Notes under the pieces: generated by a model
The model's database searches: none
The model's input: the letters and a program-made list of their open reading frames with translations, nothing else
Told to the model about the DNA's origin: nothing
From: Schmidtea nova
Taxonomy: Eukaryota
Direction of reading: 5' to 3'
Length of the DNA stretch: 64,000 bases
Assembly (NCBI GenBank): GCA_044892505.1
Contig: CM097882.1
Location: 60,574,001-60,638,000 of the forward strand
Shown here: one piece after another, positions 1-13,200 of the stretch
Position numbering within the stretch: position 1 is the stretch's first letter
Layout of the letters: every line of letters starts with the position of its first letter
Made by a program: the position numbers and the translations under genes

Positions 1-600
1 AAGGCACAAGAGCCTTTAATAATTTTAAGAAGTCAGTGTTGCTTATAGACAACTATAGAGCTCATAAAGATGCAGATCTTTCGCATTGTTTGAAGAAAAT
101 AATTTCGAACTAGTATTTATTCCTCCTCGCACCACATCTTATCTTCAGCCACTTGATGTGGTGATAAATTCAATTTTTAAGGCTAAAATAAAAAATAAAT
201 GGGAAGAATGATTTCTGAATGGGGAAAAATATACACTAAGGGTGGATATCGTCAAAGGTCTACATGGAAAAAGACAGTCTTATTTGTTTCAGAAAGTATT
301 ATGTGAAGTCAAGAAGCAGATTTAGTGAAATTCTTTCGACTCTCTGATATACCTCAAAATGGTATAAATTTGAATGAAGTGTTTCTAAATGTCAGATTAA
401 AGAAATCTTATACTCTTCTATTGTATGGAATTTGGATTTAACTAACAATAATGATGATGGAGACGTTTATTGAAACGTTGATTTTGTATAAATTTAGAAA
501 ACATAAATGTTATGGCTTAGTTTTAGTCTTATTTTCAATTTTTATAAAACCATATATTCCTTGAAATGAAGACCGTGGTTTCAAGGGGTCTTATTTTCAT
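1..600 (+). mobile_element. Degenerate pogo/Tigger-like (DDE_1) transposon, 3' fragment running off the window start
   Basis: Broken translation ...VLLIDNYRAHKD...LVFIPPRTTSYLQPLDVVINSIFKAKIKNKWEE*, matching the second and third catalytic Asp motifs of pogo transposases. It has stops and frameshifts, and a pogo-like subterminal motif ggggtcttattttc near 585-598. Confidence 0.75.
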
Positions 601-681
601 TTTTTAAGAAAGAAACGTTCATTATTTAATTTACATATTACTTTCCAATTTAATTATTGAGTCGATCTTAATTATATATAG

Positions 682-792
682 ATCACTTCGGCATCTGTAT
701 CATCTACCACTTTAAGCGATGGATCACTCGGCTCACACGTCGATGAAGAACGTAGGAAATTACGTGAATTAATGAAAGATGCACAACACTGA
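682..792 (+). CDS. Possible terminal exon of an unidentified plus-strand gene (ITSASVSSTTLSDGSLGSHVDEERRKLRELMKDAQH*)
   Basis: AG at 680-681, 36 open codons and TGA at 790-792, GC-richer than the flanks. No homology recognised. Confidence 0.3.
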   Translation: MTSASVSSTTLSDGSLGSHVDEERRKLRELMKDAQH

Positions 793-1049
793 TCATTGAC
801 ACTTTGAACGCAATTTTAAATGAAGATCATGGTTTTAATATTTTTTCATTTAGATATTTTTCATTTTAGATATACACTATATTTATTACTATCTGTTCTG
901 AAAACTTTTCCATTGACCTCTTCTGCTCTTCTATGTTCTGTTTTTCTCTTTGTACGGATATATATATATCATTCCAGAAAAAAAATCTTTTATATAATGC
1001 AAAGATTTCTTAATACCTAATTGACATCATTCTATGTGAATGGAATGTA

Positions 1050-1990
1050 CTAATGTGAAACAAAACTTTGAGTAACTCCATAATCGATCTCTTATAGAAA
1101 GTTCTCCAATACATTTAAAATATCTACATTGTTTAACTTCATCCGACTCCAAATCCTTATCACCATTCAATACATCTACTATTTCTTTTTAATTTTAAGG
1201 TATTCATTTTGTTTCTTTTTGATGATTTCTTTTTTGTTGGTCTACCTCTCTGAATTTGTTTTTCTTTCTGCAAATAAGTTTTTTGATAAGATGAATTAAA
1301 ATTCTTTTTAGTTTGTGGAAACTCTTTCTTTGGTGAACTGATGACACACTCTGGGATCTTATCTTGAGTCATATTAGAGTAAATATTTTTTTTCTACTGC
1401 TGAAATCTAATCTACAATTTGCTTGACTACTGATAATCCTCGAGATTCTAAGTATTTTGCAGCTATTCTCATTTATTCTATTGACATATTCGTCTTCGAT
1501 AGAAAGTTTTTTTCTATACGAACATTGTAAGCGCGATTTGATCATATAGATAAAACATCTTCTATTCTTGAAATTCCGCAATCAAGATCGTCATTTAGGA
1601 ACTTTTTAGACTTATTCAAACGTTGCAAAATGCTCAATTTGCTCTTATTTAACATGAACTAATTCAAAATTTTTATCGATAATTGATTTCTGTGACGTGA
1701 ATTCGTCAATAAACTAGCTTCTTGCATCTTCGTAGGTCATATCCGTCTTTTTAAAATCCTTCCAGAAAATATTGGTTTCTTTAGTTAACAATAAATTGAA
1801 TATTCAAAATTCGGTTTAAATCATTCATTCTAAGCCAATTGTCAATGTCAGTAGCTGAAATGCTTCTTCCATTGAATTTTCGGATATTGAAATAAAGGAA
1901 AGCTCTAGTTTGTTTGGGTAATGAATCGAAAATTAATTATTTCTGCTGCTTTTTATTGCATTGACCAATTCACTTTTAGCATTGTCGCGC
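1050..1990 (-). pseudogene. Highly degenerate retrotransposon gag-like relic
   Basis: Broken translation FWKDFKKTDMTYEDARS*FIDEFTSQKSIIDKNFELVHVK*EQIEHFATFE resembles the capsid core of Ty3/gypsy gag. Many stops. Confidence 0.3.
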
Positions 1991-3091
1991 CTAAAAGAAA
2001 ATTTTCAATCATATTCAAATTGTCCTAAAATCACAATAATATTAAAACCAAATCAATTATTAAATAACTATAATTTTTATGTTCATCATAAACAACGCTG
2101 GTTTATTATTTCTCATTAAAATCTATTAAGTTCTTTGCTTTGATTTTGAAAGATTTTTTAAAAATGTAAATAATTGATATTTGTGCACTTGGAATTTTCA
2201 TAGAGATGGTTTATTTAGCGTAGCTCGCTTACTGTGTTTAAATGGATGTAGAAATAATTTTAATGTCTTTGTNNNNNNNNNNNNNNNNNNNNNNNNNNNN
2301 NNNNNNNNNNNNNNNNNNNNNNNNNNNNNNNNNNNNNNNNNNNNNNNNNNNNNNNNNNNNNNNNNNNNNNNNNNNNNNNNNNNNNNNNNNNNNNNNNNNN
2401 NNNNNNNNNNNNNNNNNNNNNNNNNNNNNNNNNNNNNNNNNNNNNNNNNNNNNNNNNNNNNNNNNNNNNNNNNNNNNNNNNNNNNNNNNNNNNNNNNNNN
2501 NNNNNNNNNNNNNNNNNNNNNNNNNNNNNNNNNNNNNNNNNNNNNCGCGTCTGTGTGCGCATTGCTTTTTTCGTTGTCAGCGTCTGTGTGCGCTGCGATG
2601 AAGACAAGCTCGCGTCTGTGTGCGCTTTGAACGTTTTTGTTTTATTAATCGAGAAATTTGGAACAATTGATTTTGGTGATTTTGAATTTAATTCTGGAAA
2701 AGATGGACAATGAAAGACGATATTCTTAGGATGTATTATGGTCCAATTGGTAATGCTATTTTTGGGAATTTTATATTGGGTTACAATGGTTGCTTAATGT
2801 TGGAGCTATTTAAAGTTGATATAGATATTGTGAAATATTATTAATCGTGTCTGAAATCATTTGAAAGTGCACCCGAAGAAGAAAAATATGAAATTGTAAT
2901 TAAAACAGTCGCTTCATTGAAAAAAATGGTATTAAAGTATGTTTTCATGCAACAATATGGTAAATCATCGAAAAATTTGTTTCTTCATATCCTACAAGTG
3001 AAGTAATTGGTTCTATATTTAGATCTATCAATGCATATTTGGGTGGCGTAATCTTCGGTAAAAACACAAAGACATTTCTAAAAATGAGATT

Positions 3092-3565
3092 GTGAGATTT
3101 CAGAGTAAAAAATTCTGTGAATATATGTGGATACATTATCCGGATCATTTAGAAAACAATATGGGTTCGCATATTGTGAGAATGTTTTTCCAGTTTGCAT
3201 TCGATGTGTATGTAGGATTGGAAGGAAAGGTTTATTCTTCAAAATTAGTTGTCATTTCTACACCGATGCAGGATAACAACTATTTAGAAAAATTAAACGA
3301 CCTAATTAAACGTTTTCTCATGAATCCACAAATCGATAAGTTAATCGCAAATGATATTGAATATCCTCATTCTTCAGTCAATGGAATTTTATTATCTCCA
3401 AATGATTTAGATAATGCCATTCCGTTGTTTCATCATTCCATAACACTTACATCAATGCTCGAAGTCGTACTTAATAACATTGAATTGTATTGTCAAAAAG
3501 AAAATCTATGCATTAATGGTTATGTTTTACTGTTATCGAATGACAATAAAAACGCTTTGAATATG
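3092..3565 (+). CDS. Orphan open frame of 158 codons, truncated by an N gap
   Basis: 158 stop-free codons in AT-rich DNA, up to the gap at 3566. The track start is a TTG codon, so the true start is uncertain. No motif recognised. Confidence 0.35.
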
Positions 3566-4272
3566 NNNNNNNNNNNNNNNNNNNNNNNNNNNNNNNNNNN
3601 NNNNNNNNNNNNNNNNNNNNNNNNNNNNNNNNNNNNNNNNNNNNNNNNNNNNNNNNNNNNNNNNNNNNNNNNNNNNNNNNNNNNNNNNNNNNNNNNNNNN
3701 NNNNNNNNNNNNNNNNNNNNNNNNNNNNNNNNNNNNNNNNNNNNNNNNNNNNNNNNNNNNNNNNNNNNNNNNNNNNNNNNNNNNNNNNNNNNNNNNNNNN
3801 NNNNNNNNNNNNNNNNNNNNNNNNNNNNNNNNNNNNNNNNNNNNNNNNNNNNNNNNNNNNNNNNNNNNNNNNNNNNNNNNNNNNNNNNNNNNNNNNNNNN
3901 NNNNNNNNNNNNNNNNNNNNNNNNNNNNNNNNNNNNNNNNNNNNNNNNNNNNNNNNNNNNNNNNNNNNNNNNNNNNNNNNNNNNNNNNNNNNNNNNNNNN
4001 NNNNNNNNNNNNNNNNNNNNNNNNNNNNNNNNNNNNNNNNNNNNNNNNNNNNNNNNNNNNNNNNNNNNNNNNNNNNNNNNNNNNNNNNNNNNNNNNNNNN
4101 NNNNNNNNNNNNNNNNNNNNNNNNNNNNNTCACTCTTAAAAAATAAATTATTAATAATAAATCTAAATTTTATAGTTTACTAGAATTTACTAGAAAGTTC
4201 AAAAAATTAAATTAAATATTCCACTTTTTTCTTTTAATTTTTTATTATCTATTAACATAAATTATTACCTAC

Positions 4273-7200
4273 CTTGAACCTCAGTCATAGTAATAATGTG
4301 AAAATTTCTGTGGCATTGGATGAATATTGTTTTTGATTGAATAGCTCTTTGTAATATTGACTTGTTGAAAATATACGGTTCTGGTTCTCTCTGAAGGGTT
4401 AAACATGTCACATTTTACAATCAAATAAATACTATAAAATTAATAGATAAATAATGGTAAACAATGGCGATAAACACTTTATAAAAATTGCTAAATTTTT
4501 ACTTTATAAAATAAATTTTCTGTTTAAAATTGTGTCAAATCCACTTTGCTAGTTAAAATGACATTAAAACAAATGTGGAATTTCAAATTTTCAATTTCGN
4601 NNNNNNNNNNNNNNNNNNNNNNNNNNNNNNNNNNNNNNNNNNNNNNNNNNNNNNNNNNNNNNNNNNNNNNNNNNNNNNNNNNNNNNNNNNNNNNNNNNNN
4701 NNNNNNNNNNNNNNNNNNNNNNNNNNNATTATATAGTTTTAAATTATTTAAAAGATTTATAAATAGACATTTACTCATAAAATATATTTTTAAAAATTTA
4801 ATAATAATTTTTAAAAAAATAATTATATTAAATTAAAATTAAAACCTTTTCAAAATTTTTATNNNNNNNNNNNNNNNNNNNNNNNNNNNNNNNNNNNNNN
4901 NNNNNNNNNNNNNNNNNNNNNNNNNNNNNNNNNNNNNNNNNNNNNNNNNNNNNNNNNNNNNNNNNNNNNNNNNNNNNNNNNNNNNNNNNNNATTTCTAAT
5001 CTGTTTTCATTTACAATTCATGAGTTATTTTCTTAAACACATTAACCTATAATTTGAAAGAATTAAGGTAAAGGAAATTGTAAATAAAATCTGTTATAAA
5101 ATATTTATTTAAAACTAATAATAAAAGTAAAAATATTAATTTTACGGTAATTATTTTTTAAAAATATTATATTATTTATATTATTTTGCTTTATTCTACT
5201 AAAAGTTAAATAATGTTTATTGAAACAAACTTACTTCCGCTATACATTTCTTACACGAAATTTGGTATTCGTATTTTACTCCACTAAAAGCTTCAGAAAT
5301 CAAGGTTTCGAACATTTCATGAACAATAAATAAAATATTTTCCGGCCAAAATCCTCTGGCGCATACCCTTAAAGTTGTATCACTGAAAACCACTGATTAA
5401 ATTACAGATTTGGTTCATTAAATAAATAAACTTTAATTTTGTCAATAGGGCTTTATCGTCGTTCTTGTTGAGTAAAGATCCATTTTGCCATATTATGAAA
5501 CTGTCAGAAAATTGAGATAGACGTACCTAAAATTAATTACAGTAAAATAATACTTAAATATAAATCCAATTATTTTCAGTGAAGATTTTTATTGTAATTT
5601 TCTAAAATATTATTCTATTAATAATATTTCAAAATATTATTTAAAGAAAAACTTTTCTAAAAGATTTGAGATTTTCAATAAAATTGAGTTGGGCTGGATT
5701 CGAAACCTATTTTCCTTTTAATTTCTGTAAATACACAAAACTTAATATTGAGGGGAAAAACAACTTATCAACATATCTACCAATGAAATACTGCGCGTTC
5801 GTTTCAATACTTTATCATGTGCCAAATTTTGGATGTGTCTTCAAACAAATATACACAAATATCGGAAAAGACTATACTCACATTGCTCCAATTTGCTTCA
5901 ACGTATTTGTGTGAGACAGGAATTTCAAAATTAGTGGCTCTAAAAAACAAACAACGAGCAAGACTGGGCCTGAAAGATGATATGAGAATAGCACTATCTA
6001 CAATTGAACCAAATTTCGATGAAATAACATCTGAAGTACAGTCTAACCCTTCTAACTAATTTCTTTCTTAATTATAAATCGGAATTAGTCTTATTTTTTA
6101 ATTTTTTGCAAATTTCTTTTGAATAAAATATATAAATATTTTATTAAAAATTTACTTGAAAATAAGTTTTTTGATCTTTTCAATAAATTTTTCTAGGTTG
6201 GGTCAAATAACCATTTTATTTAAAGAAAGAAGTCGCAGTCCAAAAATGTTTGCACATCACTGCTCTATAGTTTAAAAATTGAGGTTTAAATTTGAGGATA
6301 CCATTTATAGACCTTTTAAGGGTTGGTGTTGATATAATTTAAAAATTTATGAAACTTCAATAGTAGTATTTGTGTTGCGGTCGGGTTGTGATTTTAAAAT
6401 TAATGAAGTTAAAAATAAATGTAATATAGAATAGTTAATATTTGTTATGATTACGAAAAAAAAATAATAATTATAAATAATTACTATTAATAGAAATAAT
6501 TATATGTAAATAATTATAGTTATAACTAGTGTGTTACCCGTCAAAAAAGACGGAATTTTTCGAAATAAATATATTTCAGCTGTATAATAAAAATATTTCT
6601 AAAAACACTGTCATGTAGAAAACATTCATTATAATTGGGAATGAGATAATACGTACTTCACACCATTGAAAAGCTTTTGAAAAGATCTTTAAAACACTTT
6701 TTGTTTGGGCTTTCTATCTTAAGAAATGAAAAGGTTATGAGTTAGCGAAAACAGCGTTACACAATTTTATTTAAATAATTTTATTTAAATAATTTTATTT
6801 AAATAATTTTATTCAAATTTTATTTAAATAATTTTATTATTTTTATTATATGTAATACTTTAGGATATTTATCATTATTAAAATCTTAATAGCATCTATC
6901 TATATGATATAAATACATTTTATTATATACATACTTACATGAATGAATAATTCAATCTTAACAACGTTAAATAACATAGAACATAAATAGGATATAAATA
7001 CATTTTATTATATACATACTTACATGAATGAATAATTCAATATTAACAACGTTAAATAACATAGAACAATAATAAGAAATATAAACATAAAACAACACAT
7101 CAGTTAACTTTTATAAATAATATTTGAGAATGTTAAAAATTTAATCAAACAGAACTGTTGACTGTGTGGTGACGTCACATGCGACAGACAGACAGAGACA

Positions 7201-10200
7201 GTCGCGAATTAGTATTATAGATCAGTTATAGATTAGATAAGAAATAGAAATTATTATTCAATTAGTGTAAAATAGTAATTATTGAGTTCAATGTTGTAGA
7301 ATTAGTAATTATGAAATTCAAGTGTCTTTGAACTCAGGCTTTGGTTTGTTGACGCAGTAGTTATTGGCAGTATAAATACTGATTTTAAATCAGTAATTAA
7401 GAGAAATAAATTAGTAGGGCGAAAACATGTTTACTACTGCTAGCAACTTTTAAATTTTGATCAGGATGAGACATTGGTAATTTTTCTAATTGCTTTTGCC
7501 ATTAGCAACCCATAGTATTTTAAATACTATTTTGCTATTTTGTTAAACTTTTCAGAAGAAGTATAGGGTTAAGTATCAAACGATTTCTGGGTTTAAACTA
7601 TAAAATTACAATCAAGGGTATCCCTCTATTTTCTGGTTACCTTTTCACCTAGTCGGAGCTGTTGAGATAATTAGGCCCAGCTTTCGCACAAAGAATTATC
7701 TGAGGACGAGTTCAACAACCGATATCTTACTTAAACCACATCAGTTTTAAAACTATTTTGTATTTGAGAAAAGTAAACTTTATTGTTATATTTAATAAAA
7801 ATTTAGTTTAAAACATATCTTTCTTATTTACACGCAACACATATTGTTTATATTCATTATCGTTTGGAGTACGATAATTAATTATTTGCTCAAAAAGACA
7901 AGTAATTCTGTGCTGATTCGTAACCTCTGATACGAATCGAACATTTGTTTATGTCGAATAAAAACAAATTTATCGTAATTTTTGTCATTTCGCGTCTCAA
8001 GAGAGAACATCAATTTCTTCATGACTAAACCGAGTCAAAATAATTTCTTCGCAAAATAAATCATTGTCTCCTAACAATTCTTTGTGGATAAGTGAAGGAC
8101 ATTAAGAAAAATTCAGGAATAATTCAAGAACATTGAACACGAAAATGTTACAGGCGGAAATAACTGGCGAGGATACGAAGAAAGTAAAATAACCTTTTGC
8201 AGGAGATTTTACACTGTCCTTAAGAAACATAACCGACGTTGATAAACTGACTCACTTATAATTCAGAAATTCGCCATTTTTAAAACACTTTAAAATATTT
8301 ATATCATGATTTTTCTATTCTTATTTTAAATTTAATTCTACATCTAAAATTAAGCATATGATAAAGACATTGTCGAAAAATCGAGTTGTTTAGAAAAATA
8401 AATTTTGATCTATTGTCTTAATAATACAAATATAAGAAACTAAAATATCTCTTTATGGCCAACCTGAGCTCTGTTAAATAGACCTGGGGGTAGATATTCG
8501 AACTGATAAAACATATTTGCTTCTCTTGTTTGATTGAAGTCTACAAATTCTGGCCAAAAAAAATCTGGTTGTTCATTCGGCAGAAGACACGGAATAAAAT
8601 TAAAAGTCTGCCCTGGAACTGGAAAAGTTAAATCAAAAATTTCCGTCAAACGTAAAAGCCATCCATGAATAGATTCCGGATATTTGCCCCAAACAAGTTT
8701 AATTTTTGAATGCTCCAATTTCCCATTCTATTAAAATTATAAATGTCTATAAATTACTGGCATTAGCCTATCACCTCTATAATGGAATTTTTAACACTGA
8801 CCACGCATGCCATAACGTCGACTAGCCATTGGGAGTTTATTATAACAAAATCTTTTAGAAGGGGAAATTCAAAATATTGAATACTTCCCAAATCATGTAA
8901 GAATCGAACTGCTTGATTTATCTAAAAATTAAATACCTATTAGTTTATATATTCGATAAAATAAATTTTTTCAACCTCTCCGTCATATATGGCATTATTA
9001 TTGGCCAACTTCTTCACGGCGTCCCAATTCAAATAATCAGCACTGCTTCTTTGGCTACAATTAAAAAAAAGATTTTAAAAAGATTTGCAAACAAATAAAC
9101 CTTATTAATTCTTTTTCGAATCTCAACCAAGCGTTCGGCACAAGCTCTCCTATGTAAGGTTGTTTTTTTGTCTCTTCAATAATTATATCATGAAGTTCTT
9201 TAACACCCTAGAAAATCCAAATTTATTCAAAAAAATTTAAATAAAAAATTACTAAAAATTATTATTTCAAAAAACTTTTTAATTAATAAAAGTTTACAAT
9301 TGTGTATTATTCATAAAATGTGTTAAATCTGACTTTTTCATGTTATAAGTTAAAAATAGTTAACATTTTATTTTATTTATTGAACCATTTTATTTGGAAA
9401 GTGGGGCAAGTCCATATTTTTGTTCTTTTGAATTATTTAATGATCTGTTTTTCAATAAATACAAAAATATTCATAAGCTCTATTAGCAAATTTTGTTTGT
9501 TTTGTAGTTATAGATAATGTAAATTTATTATATCGTAATAATTATTAAAAATGTCTAAAGAAAATTTTTTTTCTTTACCAAATGGACTTGCCCTATTTGC
9601 AAAATAAACGATCTAATTATTTGTATAATATATTAAAATACTAAGTAAGATATAAATTTATTTTCATTATTTATCATAATAATCTTTTTGTTTCACCTTT
9701 GATCTCTTTTTATATATATATATATCAATAATTTTCATAATGGTATGAATATAGATAAAAAAAATGTTTACGAGTACACATTTGATAAAGGCTGTACCGA
9801 AATATTGTGTAATGTAAAAATAAAATTTTGATCTATAGTCATACCATTATGGAAATTATTGATTCATTATTTATGACTTGAGATCAAAATACTTTCAATT
9901 TAATGTAAAATTTGAATTTTTCAAGTGATAGAAAAAAGACAGCGCGAAAATAAACGAAATTGTAAATAAAAGATTAAATGTTAAAAAAAGATAACAGAAA
10001 AATTGTAAGTAATATTTTTAAAAAAAATTTTAAATTTTTATCTGATTTTATATTTTGAAATAATTTTTAACAAATAATTTTTGTTAAATTTCCTGTTATG
10101 AAAACAAATAGAGAAAGATCATTTAGTGCACTCAAAATTATTAGAAATTATATGTAATAAAAAATTGCAATATTTGAAATTGTCGGAATATTTAACGGAT

Positions 10201-13200
10201 AAGATAATTAACAGCCTCACAATATTTTAAAACGTTATCGCAGTTTTATAAAAAATTTTAATTATTTTACAATTGAAAATGAAACCCAGAATTTATTTTA
10301 CCTTTCCTGTCAAGGAACTAACAAAAAAGAAACCGACAACTGATGGATAACGAGATTGAAAGTGAGCAGTTGGTATTTCACTTTTGTCAACCTAAATTAT
10401 TAACAATATCCAAAGGAAATATAATATTTAAACCTTGTCAAAATGAGTTCCAACAATAAATATCGGGGCTGATGGAGCATGACATGTGATACTGTTTAAC
10501 CAGAAATCCAGACCTGCATGTTCAAATCCTTGCCTCACATTCCAGATCAGTAAATAAATAGCTCGTCCAGTTAGAAAAAACTGGTGAGTATTATAATAAA
10601 GGGTTTGGCCAGCAAAATCCCATAAGGAATATTGCAAGTTTATCGCTCCAGTTTTAGTTGACCAGCTATTGATATCGATGCCATCCGTTATGGCTTCTTC
10701 TGCTATTTGGGGGGCGCAGTAATTTTTGTTAGTTAATGCTCTCATTAGGCTAATAGAATATTCAAAGATTTTTATTAAATCTCACAAATCAACCTCGTTT
10801 TACCAGCGCCTCCTAAACCAACCAACATTAGCTTTGTTCTATAGCAAGTTTCACTTCCACTAACAAGTCTCAGTAAATAGGCAATCATATTTCTCATTCC
10901 TTGCTTGCGAATTTCGTATGGCGGTGTTTTCAAATTGTCACAATTTTGACAACTTAGAACTGAAATATTTCCTTTACAAAACGTTTTTATCAAACGATTA
11001 AAACAGACCTTCTAATGGTAAAGTACCAACGTAGCTGCTTAAAATATTTAAGTTCGCACAATCGTCAATTACAAATTTCTTTAAATTTTTTAAGCTTTGT
11101 ATTTCATCAGGGACAATCGAAAAGGCTTGATTTCCCATTATCAAGGTTTGCAGATTTGTACATTGCAATATCTCTACAGGGAATTCTAAAAAAAAGACAT
11201 TTTTATTTGACAGGTTTTATACTGAAAAGTATTTAGATAACAAAAGATTTATATGCCAATACTGTGCTTTAGGTCTTTATTTGGTTCCAAAATAATGCCT
11301 AGGAAACTGAAATTGTAATTTTTATACAAATCCATAAAAAGGAAAATTATGTTTTTTTGTAAAAGATAAGCTTATCAACTAGTAATAGACATTTCAATGT
11401 TTTATATGACTTTCGATGTAATTTCTAATTTTAGACGTGTTTCGAGCTTATTTAGATTTCTACAGCAGCATATATAAAACTCGATTGAGCCTGAAATCGA
11501 AAACATTGAATTTAAATTCAAACGCAAAAATATGACGACTTTACTAACAAGCTACATCAAATATCACAATTTATGTACCGATCTCATCAAATGTATATGA
11601 TTACATTCGATATCTTACAAACTAGGCGCTTACGCAACTAATTTTATTCGTTTATCACCAAATAAGTATGAAGACAGTTAAAATTCGTAATGGTGCTAGA
11701 AAAAAGGGTTCTTAAATATGTTTCTTTGATTTTATGATCTCTTGATTACCAGCAATAACTTCAGTCTCACTATAAACGGTCATTTTTATTTATTTTTATA
11801 ATATTGATTGATTGATATATAATTTGATGTATATAAATAAAATTCTAAATATAAATCTAATTTCTATAACCAATTATTAACATCTTTAATTTTGGCCACC
11901 TTTGATCTTTTTATCATAGATTTTTTCAAATTTCATTTTTTTTTTAAAACAATAGATCAAATTTTCTTTTCTTGAAACACAGATTTTCGTGGCACTACCT
12001 TTTCCAAATGTTACACCACTACGAACAATGGAAAAATTGAGTTGTGATTTTTCATGAAAAGATAAATAGACAGCAAATTGTAAATTATTTATAACCTCTA
12101 AATCGCGGAATACTTTCAAATAATAATGATTTAAACTCCTCGAATCTTGGACGATTTAAGACCCCCTCATTGGCAGTTGCATTTTCAAATAAAGTAAATA
12201 TTTCCTATAAAATTTAAAATAAAATAAAATATTTTTTATAAAAATTAAACTTCTTCTTGCAGCACGTATCCGTTAATATGAGTTTTGCTGCTGAAATCAC
12301 TCCATTCTTTAATAGACAAAACTGACCGTTTGTTAAATAAGTTATTAATTGATGGTCCACTTAATTTAAGAGTTAACAAGTTCTGAAATCGGATTATCAA
12401 AAATAAAATAAAATTTTATATGCTTAATTCCAGTTACTCTTAGTTGTGAGAAAGATTTTGGTAGACTGGACAATTTTGTACGTTCAACAGAGAGGTATTT
12501 CAACCATTTTAAGTTGCCAATATTTTCTGGCAGCACGTTGATTAATGTATTATTGAGTTCCAAGCTGTTGAGAAGCGAAAAATTGCATAGAATTTCTGGT
12601 ACTTCTCGAATCGGATTTCCGTCAAGACTAAGCTGTCTAAAATCATTAAACTACTATAAGCACTTTGGAAAATACAATTTTACGAAGAATTATATTTCGT
12701 AATAAAAATATTTTTAGTTTATTGTGGATTTTAATACATTTAGAAGTCGTTTAAAATAATTATGATCATAATAATTAATCATAATCATAATAATTATGAA
12801 GAAAACAAATGAGATTTTGCAAAATTAAGTAATTCGTAATATTGAAATTTTTTTTGAGACAACATTTGTTTTTTGCGGCATAAAAATGAACAAAAGAAAT
12901 GCGAGACAAATTTGTCCTACATAGTACTCAATGTAGTAAACTATTGAAATAAAAAAAACCAATTATTGAATATTTTGTTAAAACATGATTATAATACCGT
13001 GTTTTTCTTATTTGAAGCCCCGGGCTTGTATTTTAAATTTTCATGAAAACAATTAGAAATATGGATAGGGCTTATAAAATGAAAAGTTGGATACATGTCC
13101 ATGCATTAAAACATATTTTATACAGTAAAATAAAGAAACACAAACTCAAGACCCAATTGAATATTTTATTCATGACTCTCATCATCGCTGAATATTACCA

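Noticed and set aside
4391-4431. Apparent frameshift in the last visible ROCO exon when the AG near 4432 is used as acceptor
   Set aside because: A closer acceptor (cccttcag| at 4391) joins ...CKKCIAE to REPEPYIF... in frame, so there is no lesion.
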